Shown: positions 1 to 9,495, numbered from the stretch's first letter. The stretch is 64,000 bases of DNA from Candidatus Omnitrophota bacterium (GCA_043732705.1 JAYTHE010000002.1:56385-120384), one strand, 5' to 3'. Notes: a model not told the origin generated them from the sequence alone. Translations and numbers: made by a program.

Positions 1-303
1 ATCGGTGTGGGCGGTGCGAAGGCGATTGCTTTGATCGGCCATAATGACTGCGGAATGCGCAACCTTGAATCGCGTAAAGAGATTTTTATTCAGGGGCTGA
101 TTGAACGTGCGGGCTGGACAAGAGCGCAGGCCGAAGAACATTTCGTGAAAAACCGCGAGCAGTATGAAATCGGCGAAGAAACTTCTTTTCTCATTAAAGA
201 ATCGCGCCGTCTCCGCGACCTTTATCCTAAATTGCCTGTAGTACCGATGCTTTACAATGTACATAGCAATGAACTCTTTCTGATTCTTGACGACCAAATA
301 TAG
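1..303 (+). CDS. C-terminal fragment of a beta-class carbonic anhydrase-like protein; the start lies upstream of the window
   Basis: GHNDCG resembles the HxxCG zinc-ligand motif of beta-carbonic anhydrases. The ORF runs in from the window edge. Confidence 0.35.
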   Translation: MGVGGAKAIALIGHNDCGMRNLESRKEIFIQGLIERAGWTRAQAEEHFVKNREQYEIGEETSFLIKESRRLRDLYPKLPVVPMLYNVHSNELFLILDDQI

Positions 304-378
304 AGAACAGCCAAACCTGTCCACCTCCCGGAGGTGGACAGGTGGAAACTCAGTGAATTGTGAAGGAAAAATGATTTT

Positions 379-1566
379 ATGAAAAAGAATATTTTATTAT
401 TTAGTTTAATTGCGCCTTTTTTTCTTGTGGCCTGTGGTCAGCAAAATTCAGGGACTTCTTCAAGTATTAAAATCGGATGCGCCGCGCCTTTGACGGGCGA
501 TCAAGCTCAAATCGGAATTGATATGTGTAACGGCGTCGAACTCGCGATTGAAATGGCCAATGATTTCGCGAAGCAATCCGCTGTTTCAGGGACAACGCCG
601 CTGCAATTTTCTATTTCACGCCAGGATGACCAGCATAATCCTTCGCAAGCCGTGAATATCGCCAAAAAACTTGTTTCTGATACCGATGTCGTGGCGGTTG
701 TTGGACACTTTAATTCAAGTTGCACCAAGCCATCCTCCGCAATTTATAGTGAAGCAGGCATGACTCAAATCACACCAGCTTCGACTAATCCGGATCTTTC
801 CAGTCAGGGATTTAAAACTTTTTTCCGCGTTTGTGCCACGGATGAAGTTCAGGGGCCGAGCGGCGCTGTATTTGCGGTGAATAAATTGGGCGCTAAAAAA
901 ATATATGTGATTGATGATAAAACAACTTACGGTAAAGGCCTTGCTGACGCTTTTGAAAAGAAAGCGCGTGCGCTTGGTGTCGAAATCCAGGGACATGAAG
1001 GTATTACGCAAGGTGATAAAGATTTCACGCCGCTTTTGACTAAAATCAAACCGCTTGCGCCGGATCTGATTTATTTCGGCGGTATTTATCCCGAAGGCTC
1101 CTTGCTTTTGCGTCAAATGCGTTCGCTGGACATTCAATCTTTGTTGATGGGCGGCGACGGCATTGCGACCGGGACATTTACCGAACTCGCGACCAAGGAA
1201 ATTGCGGAAGGCACTTATGCGACCATGGTCGGCGGTGATATGCACCAGGTTCCGGCTGCCGCGGCATTTATTGCGGCTTATGAAAAGAAATATGGAACAT
1301 TAGGGCAATGGTCTGCGTATGGATTTGATGCGGTTAATATTTTAATGAATGCGGTGCGGAAGGCCGGCGGCCAGAATCATTTTGTCTCTGCGCCTTCTGC
1401 GCAACCGAGCCGCGCAGCGGTATTAAAAGCCATGCGTGAAATTCCGGAATTTACGGGCGTTACCGGTAAAATTACTTTTGACGAAAAGGGTGATAATCAA
1501 AATCAGTTTATTGGTATCTTTCAGTTTAAAGATGGCAAGCTTGTCTATATCGGACCCGCCAATTAA
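379..1566 (+). CDS. livJ: Branched-chain amino acid ABC transporter substrate-binding lipoprotein (LivJ/LivK family)
   Basis: Signal peptide with an LVAC lipobox. The translation is typical of type I periplasmic binding proteins of the Leu/Ile/Val family. It leads a livHMGF operon. Confidence 0.8.
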   Translation: MKKNILLFSLIAPFFLVACGQQNSGTSSSIKIGCAAPLTGDQAQIGIDMCNGVELAIEMANDFAKQSAVSGTTPLQFSISRQDDQHNPSQAVNIAKKLVSDTDVVAVVGHFNSSCTKPSSAIYSEAGMTQITPASTNPDLSSQGFKTFFRVCATDEVQGPSGAVFAVNKLGAKKIYVIDDKTTYGKGLADAFEKKARALGVEIQGHEGITQGDKDFTPLLTKIKPLAPDLIYFGGIYPEGSLLLRQMRSLDIQSLLMGGDGIATGTFTELATKEIAEGTYATMVGGDMHQVPAAAAFIAAYEKKYGTLGQWSAYGFDAVNILMNAVRKAGGQNHFVSAPSAQPSRAAVLKAMREIPEFTGVTGKITFDEKGDNQNQFIGIFQFKDGKLVYIGPAN

Positions 1567-1581
1567 AATGCTGTCGAGAAA

Positions 1582-2490
1582 TTGATGAATTCTCTCGACG
1601 TTTTCTTTCAACAGCTGGTTAACGGTCTTACGATCGGCATGATTTATGCCCTGATCGCCCTGGGTTATACAATGGTTTACGGCATTGCCCAGCTGATTAA
1701 TTTTGCTCACGGCGAAATATTCATGGTCGGCGCTTATATCGGCCTTCTCATGTACTCCCTTCTGCATCCTGCCCTAGGCTCTTCTTGGGTTTTGATTCCT
1801 GTGTTTGCCGCGACCATGCTTATAACCGCTTTACTTGGCTATGTAATTGAGCGTTTTGCTTACCGCCCTTTACGCGAAGCGCCGCGTCTTGCGCCGTTGA
1901 TCACCGCGATCGGGATTTCTTTCGTGCTGCAAAACGCGGTAATGCTGATCGCCGGGGCGTCGGATAAAAGTTTTCCGCCGATGATAATCCTCCAAAAAAT
2001 TTCGATTTCCAAAGTTACTCTAACTAATTTACAAATTTTAATTGCGGCTGTTTCTGTTTCGCTGATGATTATCCTGCATCTTTTTGTGAAATACACGCGT
2101 GTCGGGAAAGCCATGCGTGCTTTGGCGGATGACAGACAAGCCGCGAGCTTAATGGGAGTTGATGTCAATCTCGTCATTGCGGTCGCCTTCTTAATCGGCT
2201 CAGCGCTGGCAAGCGCGGGCGGCGTTATGTTCGGCATGTATTACAACACGATTAACTTTCATGACGGTTATCTCGCGGGCTTGAAAGCTTTTACTGCCGC
2301 GGTGCTGGGTGGTATTGGAAATATTCCGGGCGCGATGCTGGGCGGAGTTTTGCTCGGTGTCTTTGAAGGCTTGGCAGCGGGATATATATCATCGCAATGG
2401 AAAAACGTTTTTGCCTTTTTACTTTTAATTCTCATTTTGCTTTTTCGTCCGACGGGATTGCTGGGCGCCAGGGTCGTCAAAAAGGTATGA
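1582..2490 (+). CDS. livH: Branched-chain amino acid ABC transporter permease
   Basis: Polytopic membrane protein with the LivH-type translation. It sits at operon position 2. Confidence 0.85.
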   Translation: MMNSLDVFFQQLVNGLTIGMIYALIALGYTMVYGIAQLINFAHGEIFMVGAYIGLLMYSLLHPALGSSWVLIPVFAATMLITALLGYVIERFAYRPLREAPRLAPLITAIGISFVLQNAVMLIAGASDKSFPPMIILQKISISKVTLTNLQILIAAVSVSLMIILHLFVKYTRVGKAMRALADDRQAASLMGVDVNLVIAVAFLIGSALASAGGVMFGMYYNTINFHDGYLAGLKAFTAAVLGGIGNIPGAMLGGVLLGVFEGLAAGYISSQWKNVFAFLLLILILLFRPTGLLGARVVKKV

Positions 2491-3437
2491 GTTTTAAAAA
2501 AATCCTGCCATGGCTCGGACTTGTTGCTATTTTTTCCATTCCTTTTTTAGATCATAATTCTTATCACATCGATGTGCTGGTAACCGCGGGTATTTTTATT
2601 TTGCTGGCGCTGGGTTTAAATGTCATCGTCGGTTATGCTGGTATTCTCAATTTGGGTTATGCCGCTTTCTTTGCTTTCGGCGCTTATACCTATGCGATTG
2701 TGAATATTCATTTTCATGTGCCATTTTGGGGCGGAGTTTTTGTGAGTGCGATCGCGACGGCAGTTTTTGGAATGCTGCTGGCTTTTCCCGCCCTAAGGCT
2801 TTCAGGCGATTATTTGGCGATTGTGACGCTTGGGGCGGGCGAAATTACGCGTATTGTGCTCAATAACCTGGATCAGGTAACCGGTGGCCCTAACGGACTT
2901 TTGGGCCTCGCGCATCCGCGTTTTGCCAAATTTGATTTTGGCGTCAAATCCCAACCCTATTATTTCCTGATTTTATTTTTTATTCTAATCGTCGTTTTCT
3001 TTTTGCGTCGTCTTGAAATTTCACGGCTGGGACGTGCTTGGCGCGCGCTGCGTGAAGATGAACTTGCCGCTTCCGCAATGGGCATTAACCTTGCCTGGGC
3101 GAAGTTGACTGCTTTTGGCATCGCGGGGTTTATCGCGGGCATCGCGGGAACAATCTTTGCCGCGAAGCAGGGCACCATTTCTCCCGATAGTTTTGACTTT
3201 ACGGTTTCAGTAATGGTGCTCGCGATGGTAGTCCTTGGCGGTATCGGCAGTATTCCGGGCGTCATTTTAGGCGCGGTAGTGCTGACGATTTTGCCCGAAT
3301 GTTTGCGTGATTTTACGGCCTACCGCATGTTGATTTTTGGCGCGGCGATGATTGTGATGATGCTTTTCTGTCCAAACGGGCTGTTTTCAATTTTTAGCTC
3401 TGTGCATTCCGCACAACCGCTGAAGGCAATCAAATGA
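2487..3437 (+). CDS. livM: Branched-chain amino acid ABC transporter permease
   Basis: LivM-type permease. The preferred start is the ATG at 2487 in an ATGA overlap with the livH stop. The track ORF begins earlier, at 2397, inside livH. Confidence 0.8.
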   Translation: MSFKKILPWLGLVAIFSIPFLDHNSYHIDVLVTAGIFILLALGLNVIVGYAGILNLGYAAFFAFGAYTYAIVNIHFHVPFWGGVFVSAIATAVFGMLLAFPALRLSGDYLAIVTLGAGEITRIVLNNLDQVTGGPNGLLGLAHPRFAKFDFGVKSQPYYFLILFFILIVVFFLRRLEISRLGRAWRALREDELAASAMGINLAWAKLTAFGIAGFIAGIAGTIFAAKQGTISPDSFDFTVSVMVLAMVVLGGIGSIPGVILGAVVLTILPECLRDFTAYRMLIFGAAMIVMMLFCPNGLFSIFSSVHSAQPLKAIK

Positions 3438-4234
3438 CAGTGAATAAAGAAATGCTTTCAGAGTTCAAAATTCTGAATATTGAAAATCTCACACGCCGTT
3501 TTGGCGGTGTGACGGCGATTGACGGTGTTAGCTTTGAAGTCCGTCAGGGACAAATTCTGAGTGTCATCGGCCCGAACGGCGCCGGTAAAACCACGCTTTT
3601 TAACTGTATTACCGGCCTTTACCGCCCCGATGAAGGTTCGATGTACTTCGGGGACTCACAAATGCTTTTAAACCGCATGCAGCCTTATGAAATCGCGGCC
3701 TGCGATATTTCACGCACGTTCCAAACCATCCGCCTTTTTAAAAATATGACGGCGCTTGAAAATGTGATGGTCGGCGCGCATTCCAAATTACGTTCGGGTA
3801 TGTTGAGCTGTTTGCTGCATCCGCGCTGGACACGCGTGGAGGAAAAACGCCTCGAACAGCGCGCGCACCGCCTGCTCGAATTTTTCTGCCTCAATGAAAA
3901 AGCGAATGAGCTGGCATGTAATCTTTCTTATGGGCATCAACGTAAACTTGAAATTGCGCGCGCGCTTGCGAGTGATCCCAAACTTTTACTTTTGGATGAG
4001 CCTGCGGCAGGCATGAACCCGAAAGAAAAAGAAGAATTGCTCGAACTGCTTTTCGCGATTCGCAGCCGCGGCGTGACGATTGTTTTGATCGAGCATGATA
4101 TGAAAGTCGTGATGCCGATTTCGGACCATATTGTGGTTTTGGATTACGGCAAAAAAATTGCCGAAGGGAAACCTAAAGAAATTCAAAATAACCCGTGTGT
4201 AATCGAAGCATATCTTGGAAAAACGACATGTTGA
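3434..4234 (+). CDS. livG: Branched-chain amino acid ABC transporter ATP-binding protein
   Basis: Walker A GPNGAGKTT, ABC signature LSYGHQRKLEIARAL and Walker B LLLLDEPAAG. The start overlaps the livM stop. Confidence 0.9.
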   Translation: MTVNKEMLSEFKILNIENLTRRFGGVTAIDGVSFEVRQGQILSVIGPNGAGKTTLFNCITGLYRPDEGSMYFGDSQMLLNRMQPYEIAACDISRTFQTIRLFKNMTALENVMVGAHSKLRSGMLSCLLHPRWTRVEEKRLEQRAHRLLEFFCLNEKANELACNLSYGHQRKLEIARALASDPKLLLLDEPAAGMNPKEKEELLELLFAIRSRGVTIVLIEHDMKVVMPISDHIVVLDYGKKIAEGKPKEIQNNPCVIEAYLGKTTC

Positions 4235-4239
4235 AAGCC

Positions 4240-4360
4240 GCACAAACCAAGGTAATTAAAATGTTCAGACAGCCGATGCTTCGCTCGGAACTCACATTTT
4301 AATTACCTTGGTTTGCGCTTGATTTTGAATTAAGGGCGTGGGAGCGATAAAAAGGAAAAA
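4240..4360. repeat. Short copy (c1) of the composite intergenic repeat family: a nested hairpin module plus a GGGCGTGGGAGCGATAAAAAGGA box
   Basis: Outer 24 bp inverted repeat GCACAAACCAAGGTAATTAAAATG / CATTTTAATTACCTTGGTTTGCGC. It encloses a conserved inner module TCAGACAGCCGA-tgcttcgc-TCGGAACTCA. The following box is similar to the GTGGGGTGGAGGCAATAAAAGGAG box of copies c2 and c4. Confidence 0.5.
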
Positions 4361-4457
4361 ATTTTTGCCTGCCGGCGGTCAAAAATTTTTCTATGATGCA
4401 TTTCATTCTCGCTTCTGCAGGAAGCAAGAATGAAAAGGGTTTAAAAAAAAGGCGAAA

Positions 4458-5165
4458 ATGTTGGAAGTAAAAAATTTACATTCAGGGTACGGGCCGATTG
4501 AAATTTTGAAAGGCGTGAATATTAAAATTTCGCAGGGAAAAATCGTGTCTTTGATTGGTTCTAACGGCGCGGGTAAAACCACCTTCCTTATGACGCTTTC
4601 CGGACTTTTACGCGCGCGTGAGGGTTCGGTTCAATTCGAAGGCCGCTGCCTTCAAAAAGCCTCTCCAAGCGATATTGTGCGGCAGGGAATTGTACAGGTG
4701 CCCGAAGGCCGGCGTATTTTTCCGAGAATGACTGTTTCTGAGAATCTGGATCTCGGCGCCTATACCCGCAAAGATAGCAAGCAGGCTGTGCAGCAGGATA
4801 AAGAAGAAATGCTCACCATGTTTCCAATTTTAAAGCAGCGCTATAACGGACAAGCGGGAAATTTGAGCGGCGGCGAACAGCAAATGCTCGCGATGGCGCG
4901 CGCGCTTATGGCCAAGCCCAAGCTTTTATTATTGGATGAACCGAGCCTTGGACTCGCGCCTAAAATGATCGAATTTATTTTTTCTTTGATCATGAAAATC
5001 AAAGAAAAAGGCCTGACGATTTTTTTGGTTGAGCAGAATGCCTGGAAAGCGCTAGAACTCGCCGATTATGCGTATGTCATCGAAAGCGGTACGATTCAGA
5101 TGGAAGGTGCCGGCAAAGAGCTATTGTCCAATCCACAGATTAAGCATGCTTATCTCGGCGCATAA
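4458..5165 (+). CDS. livF: Branched-chain amino acid ABC transporter ATP-binding protein
   Basis: Walker A GSNGAGKTT, signature LSGGEQQMLAMARAL and Walker B LLLLDEPS. Confidence 0.9.
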   Translation: MLEVKNLHSGYGPIEILKGVNIKISQGKIVSLIGSNGAGKTTFLMTLSGLLRAREGSVQFEGRCLQKASPSDIVRQGIVQVPEGRRIFPRMTVSENLDLGAYTRKDSKQAVQQDKEEMLTMFPILKQRYNGQAGNLSGGEQQMLAMARALMAKPKLLLLDEPSLGLAPKMIEFIFSLIMKIKEKGLTIFLVEQNAWKALELADYAYVIESGTIQMEGAGKELLSNPQIKHAYLGA

Positions 5166-5595
5166 TTTCACGCGCTATCAATTCCCCGTTCTCATTTGGA
5201 TGGTTTTCATTTTCATGCTTTCGTCGGCGCCCGCTGCGAATATACCCAATCCATTTCCGTACTTTCATCCTGCGGTGCATTTTGTGGAATATTCAGTCTT
5301 GGCCTTTCTTAGTGTGCGTGCGCTGCGCTACAAGCATCCCTGCCGGACTTTTGCGCTTATTGCCATCGTCACGTGGGGAATTGTGCTTTTATTTGCGGCA
5401 TCGGATGAATGGCATCAAACATTCGTTGCCGGACGAACGGGTCAGGGTAAAGATGTGCTTTTTGACGGCTTATACGCTTGGCTTGGAATCGGATTATTTT
5501 CGTTGGTGATTGGTAAAATTAAACCAAACAGTCATTTGGGGATTATTCAGAGCCGTCTTGTCCGATTTGTTTTTGAGACGAGAAGGAAACGCTAG
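5146..5595 (+). CDS. VanZ-like family membrane protein
   Basis: ASDEWHQTFVAGRTG matches the VanZ signature. Small polytopic membrane protein. The start is ambiguous; candidates are 5068, 5146 and 5200. Confidence 0.55.
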   Translation: MLISAHNFTRYQFPVLIWMVFIFMLSSAPAANIPNPFPYFHPAVHFVEYSVLAFLSVRALRYKHPCRTFALIAIVTWGIVLLFAASDEWHQTFVAGRTGQGKDVLFDGLYAWLGIGLFSLVIGKIKPNSHLGIIQSRLVRFVFETRRKR

Positions 5596-5604
5596 AAATA
5601 AAAA

Positions 5605-5640
5605 GAGCCGGCAGCAAAAAATCGCTGCCGGCTCAAATTT
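5605..5640 (+). terminator. Rho-independent terminator candidate after the VanZ-like gene
   Basis: GAGCCGGCAGC-aaaaaatc-GCTGCCGGCTC hairpin followed by AAATTT. Confidence 0.45.
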
Positions 5641-5977
5641 ATAAGTACGTTTATACAAGCAGCGGAGGAAACCGCGCACAGTGAAACTTACCTGGAGTTC
5701 TCAATTCAATAAACTTTTTTGACATAAGACACATATTTAACTCCGTTTTGCTTTTTATTAAAAATCAATCGGTTGTTTTCCTTTATGTGTTGCCTGTTAT
5801 TTAAATCCAAGCATTTCATCTAATCAGGTTAAGCACCGCAGTGCACCAAGGTTTAGATGTTTTAATGCTTATCTGAAATGTAATCACCTCTTATTGCTTT
5901 TACAAGAGCGAGTTATATCTTGCTATAAGCAAAAATTGCGGTTTTTCGCCCATCTTTTTCCGCATGCCGCCATGCTA

Positions 5978-6005
5978 TTGACACTGAAAAAAAAAGGCGT
6001 ATAGT
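5978..6005 (+). promoter_or_regulatory. Sigma70-type promoter candidate for the KimA-like transporter
   Basis: TTGACA at 5978-5983, a 16 nt spacer, then TATAGT at 6000-6005. Confidence 0.4.
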
Positions 6006-6009
6006 CCGC

Positions 6010-6130
6010 TCCTTATATGCCTAATCCGCTTTAACCAGCGGTACGGGGGACCCAAGTTCTTGGGGCGAATCATCGCAAGATGAAAGGTTATCTCGACCTT
6101 AGCCCGTCAGCTAACTTCGTCGGCATCAAG
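6010..6130 (+). promoter_or_regulatory. Candidate c-di-AMP (ydaO/kimA-type) riboswitch in the 5' leader of the APC transporter gene
   Basis: The leader contains ACGGGGGACCCA and UGGGGCGAAUCA elements between the promoter and the start codon. The downstream gene has the APC-plus-C-terminal-domain architecture of KimA (YdaO), the classic gene under this riboswitch. Called from memory of the motif and not verified by a covariance model. Confidence 0.4.
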
Positions 6131-6138
6131 GAGAAAAA

Positions 6139-8151
6139 ATGGAAACCAAACAGCCGGCATCCGGCTTGCCCGAGTCATTTCTTAAACAGATCAAAAAAAC
6201 TCTTTTCGGACCGCCCCGGAATCTTCACGATCCTTCGATCAAGCATCAGCTTTCTCTGATCGCATTTTTTGCTTGGGTTGGATTGGGTGCCGACGGACTT
6301 TCTTCTTCAGCCTACGGACCGGAAGAAGCTTTTCGCGCGCTCGGTCAAAATACCTATCTCGCCATCTTGCTTGCGGCAGCGACGGCATTAACTGTGTTTA
6401 TTATTTCCTCCGCCTACAGTCGCATTATTGAAACTTTTCCTTTGGGCGGCGGAGGTTACGTTGTCGCGACCAAGCTCTTAGGAAAGCCCGCTGGCGTAGT
6501 TTCGGGCAGCGCCTTGCTAGTGGATTACATTCTCACCATTACCGTTTCCATTGCTGGTGGAGGTGACGCGCTTTTCAGCCTTTTGCCGCAAGCCTGGATG
6601 GTTTTCAAACTACCGACAGAGATTGCCGCGATCGGTCTTTTGATCCTGATGAATTTGAGAGGCGTGAAAGAATCCGTTGCCGCGCTTGTGCCGATTTTTT
6701 TGATATTTGTGATCACGCACATCGTTCTCATTTTAGGTGGACTTTTGATTCATATTCCCGAAGCACCGCGCATTGCCAAAGAAGTGACGGATGGCTTTCA
6801 TTCTGGAGCATCCACGTTGGGATGGGGCGGCATGGCGCTGCTTTTTCTACGGGCCTATTCTTTAGGCGGCGGAACCTATACCGGAATTGAAGCTGTTTCC
6901 AACGGTGTCGGTATTTTGCGCGAACCCAAAGTGATTACCGGAAAAAGAACCATGCTTTATATGTCAGTCTCACTTGCGCTCACGGCGGGCGGGTTGCTTG
7001 TCTGCTATATGCTTGCGCATGTGAAGCCGGTGGATGGGCAAACTTTGAATACGGTTCTTGCAACACAATTGATGGGCCCTCTTCATGTCGCGGGTATTCC
7101 GATCGGCCATGCGATTGTTCTAATCACAATTTTATCCGAAGCCGTTTTGCTTTTGGTCGCGGCACAAACCGGATTTATTGACGGCCCGCGCGTAATGTCC
7201 AATATGGCGCAAGATTCATGGCTGCCGAAACGTTTCGCGATGCTTTCCGACCGTTTGACGATGCAAAACGGAATTCTTCTGATTGGCGCCGCTTCGATTG
7301 CGATTCTTGTCTACACTCGCGGCCACATAGGAACCTTAGTGGTTATGTATAGTATCAATGTGTTTTTGACTTTCTCTTTATCGGAATTAGGAATGATGCG
7401 GCATTGGTTTCAAAGCCGCAAAATTTCTAAAAAATGGAAGCGTGACTTTTTGATTCAAGCCGCGGCATTTACGCTCTGCTTCTCGATTCTTTGTGTCATG
7501 GTGTATGAAAAATTTACAGAGGGCGCGTGGGTGACTTTGTTGATTACTTCTTCCTGCATCGCGCTTTGCTTCATCATTAAAAACCATTATTACAGTGTCG
7601 CGAAGCGTATCCATGAAATCGATAAATTATTTGAAGCTGTTCCGCCGGATAACCGCGCGGCAGCGATGCTAGAATTTAATGAGAAAAATCCAACAGCGGT
7701 AATTTTAGTCGGCGGACATAGCGGATTAGGCACGCATATTCTTTTGAATATTTTCAGGTTATTTCCAAGCTCATTTAAGAATGTGGTGTTTTTAACCATT
7801 GGTATTGTGGACAGTACTTTTTTTAGGGAGAACAACCAAGTTGAAGTGGTCACGAAACAAAGCGAAGACATGCTCGGGCGTTATGTCGAAAGCGCGCGTC
7901 ATATGGGTGTTCCCGCGCGGTTTGAGTTTCATGTGGGCACGGAAGTGGTACAGTCGGCCGCGGAGCTTTGCATTGAGGTTTCAAAAAAATATCCCCGCGC
8001 GGTCTTTTTTGCGGGCGAGCTCGTGTTTGAACAGCCGCAGTGGTATCACCGCATTCTGCACAATGAGACAGCGTATGCGATTTTAAGACAAATCCGGTTC
8101 GCGGGATTGCCGATGGTTATTCTTCCGATACGGATTCGAGAGAAACTCTGA
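6139..8151 (+). CDS. APC-superfamily permease with a C-terminal cytoplasmic domain, possibly a KimA-like K+ transporter
   Basis: About 12 TM segments (aa 40-470) followed by a roughly 200 aa soluble domain. A riboswitch-like leader precedes it. Confidence 0.55.
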   Translation: METKQPASGLPESFLKQIKKTLFGPPRNLHDPSIKHQLSLIAFFAWVGLGADGLSSSAYGPEEAFRALGQNTYLAILLAAATALTVFIISSAYSRIIETFPLGGGGYVVATKLLGKPAGVVSGSALLVDYILTITVSIAGGGDALFSLLPQAWMVFKLPTEIAAIGLLILMNLRGVKESVAALVPIFLIFVITHIVLILGGLLIHIPEAPRIAKEVTDGFHSGASTLGWGGMALLFLRAYSLGGGTYTGIEAVSNGVGILREPKVITGKRTMLYMSVSLALTAGGLLVCYMLAHVKPVDGQTLNTVLATQLMGPLHVAGIPIGHAIVLITILSEAVLLLVAAQTGFIDGPRVMSNMAQDSWLPKRFAMLSDRLTMQNGILLIGAASIAILVYTRGHIGTLVVMYSINVFLTFSLSELGMMRHWFQSRKISKKWKRDFLIQAAAFTLCFSILCVMVYEKFTEGAWVTLLITSSCIALCFIIKNHYYSVAKRIHEIDKLFEAVPPDNRAAAMLEFNEKNPTAVILVGGHSGLGTHILLNIFRLFPSSFKNVVFLTIGIVDSTFFRENNQVEVVTKQSEDMLGRYVESARHMGVPARFEFHVGTEVVQSAAELCIEVSKKYPRAVFFAGELVFEQPQWYHRILHNETAYAILRQIRFAGLPMVILPIRIREKL

Positions 8152-8173
8152 CTTTGTCGGATATAATAAAAGC

Positions 8174-8968
8174 ATGCTAGAGTTAATGAGGCCAAAGAAA
8201 CCATCGCGGGGACTGCTGCTTGCTGAACAAGTCGGGCTGTTGAAGAAAATCAGCATAAAAGATTTGGAACAGCTTTATCTTTTTTATAAACCGGGAATTA
8301 TAAAAAACTCTGAAAAAAGCTTGGGCCATGATGGCTATGTTTGCGGATTCAGTCGCAACCTTTCGAATTCAGAAGGTGTTTCCCTGCGGGATTATTTTGT
8401 TGAGCGGGGCTTGGACGGCGATTACTCACCGGAGGAAATGATTGCTTTCGGTCGGCTTGATAAAGATACCTCCGGCCTGCTTGTTCTCGCAAGACGTAAC
8501 CGCTATCCCAAATTTATGGACCAGCTACTTCTTAATCCGCTTTGGAAAAAAGAAAGCATTCTCACTTCCAAGCTTTACCGCGCAAAAGTCAAAGGACTTG
8601 TTTCTTCTGCGGCGCTATCAAAAATCAAAACGCTCAAAATTCCGAGTAAGAATGAAACCGTGATTGAAGTGACAGTGGAAAGTATTCGACTCGTTTCTAC
8701 AGATCAGCCCGACAGGGGAAATTCGTCCTCGGTGGTTGAAATTGAAATTCATGAAGGCAAACATCATCAAGTTAAAAAAATGCTGCAAGCGATCAAGCAT
8801 CCTGTGCTGAAGGGCGGTTTGCACCGTGTCCGTTTTGCGATGATGTCCATCGGTGAAATGAAGGTAGGCCAGATTAGAAATTTGCTGCCGAAAGAAAAGA
8901 AACAGCTTGTGAAACTTTACAATGAGTGGCTGGCGTCAGAAAGAATTCGTTTCAATATTCAAAACTGA
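8174..8968 (+). CDS. Pseudouridine synthase, RsuA/RluB-like family
   Basis: GRLDKDTSGLLVLA catalytic-Asp motif and a downstream GKHHQVKKM motif typical of RsuA-family pseudouridine synthases. Confidence 0.6.
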   Translation: MLELMRPKKPSRGLLLAEQVGLLKKISIKDLEQLYLFYKPGIIKNSEKSLGHDGYVCGFSRNLSNSEGVSLRDYFVERGLDGDYSPEEMIAFGRLDKDTSGLLVLARRNRYPKFMDQLLLNPLWKKESILTSKLYRAKVKGLVSSAALSKIKTLKIPSKNETVIEVTVESIRLVSTDQPDRGNSSSVVEIEIHEGKHHQVKKMLQAIKHPVLKGGLHRVRFAMMSIGEMKVGQIRNLLPKEKKQLVKLYNEWLASERIRFNIQN

Positions 8969-9009
8969 TAATCGTGAGCTGCTTGCTAAATTCTATGTGT
9001 ATGCGAGGA

Positions 9010-9495
9010 AATCACTTTTAACATTTATTATGCTCAAACAGCCGGTGCTGCGCCCGGAACTCGCCTAATAAATATTAAAAGTGATTTTTTTCACCTGAGT
9101 GGGGTGGAGGCAATAAAAGGAGAAGCAAGGCGGCCAAATGGAGCTTGCTCGAATTCGCTTTTATTTTATTTGCTAATTACAGGCCTCAAGCTTGGCTGGT
9201 GAAGCTTCCGACCCTATCTTCTTCTGACCAGGCAAGCCGTGCCAGAAGAAATATTTCCTCAGTTTCTGCTTGGCCGAAACTGAGGAAGATATAGCGGGAA
9301 ACTTGTTTGAATTCCTTGAGGGCTAGAGCAGCAATGATATTATCGCATTTCGAGACACTTAGATTCGCAGGCCTTGTTTCACTGCTTTTAGCCTAGACCC
9401 CCACTATCGCGCTGAAATTGTAAATTAAGATTATCAAAATGCGAGTTCTGTGTCGAAGGACACAGTTGTTTGAGCCGAGTGATAATCTTAATTTA
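9010..9495. repeat. Full-length copy (c2) of the composite intergenic repeat element, about 490 bp, bounded by inverted nested-hairpin end modules
   Basis: Left module 9010-9086: outer stem AATCACTTTTAACATTTATTA / TAATAAATATTAAAAGTGATT around GCTCAAACAGCCGG-tgctgcgc-CCGGAACTCGCC. Right module 9421-9495 is the same motif in inverse orientation (GCGAGTTC-tgtgtc-gaagg-acacag-TTGTTTGAGCCG) inside the palindrome TAAATTAAGATTATCA / TGATAATCTTAATTTA. The interior shares conserved boxes with copy c4 at 61403-61890. Confidence 0.55.

Noticed and set aside
507-1245. Two minus-strand ORFs (73 and 176 aa) inside livJ
   Set aside because: They are antisense to a well-supported substrate-binding-protein gene. 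Their translations are low-complexity with no motifs, typical of spurious antisense ORFs in a GC-moderate genome.
5282-5509. 75 aa + strand ORF inside the VanZ-like gene
   Set aside because: Alternate frame of a gene whose main frame carries the VanZ ASDEWHQ motif.
8442-8824. ORFs 8442..8663 (+) and 8618..8824 (-) within the pseudouridine synthase gene
   Set aside because: Alternate-frame and antisense ORFs without motifs. The main frame carries the catalytic GRLDKDTSGL motif.
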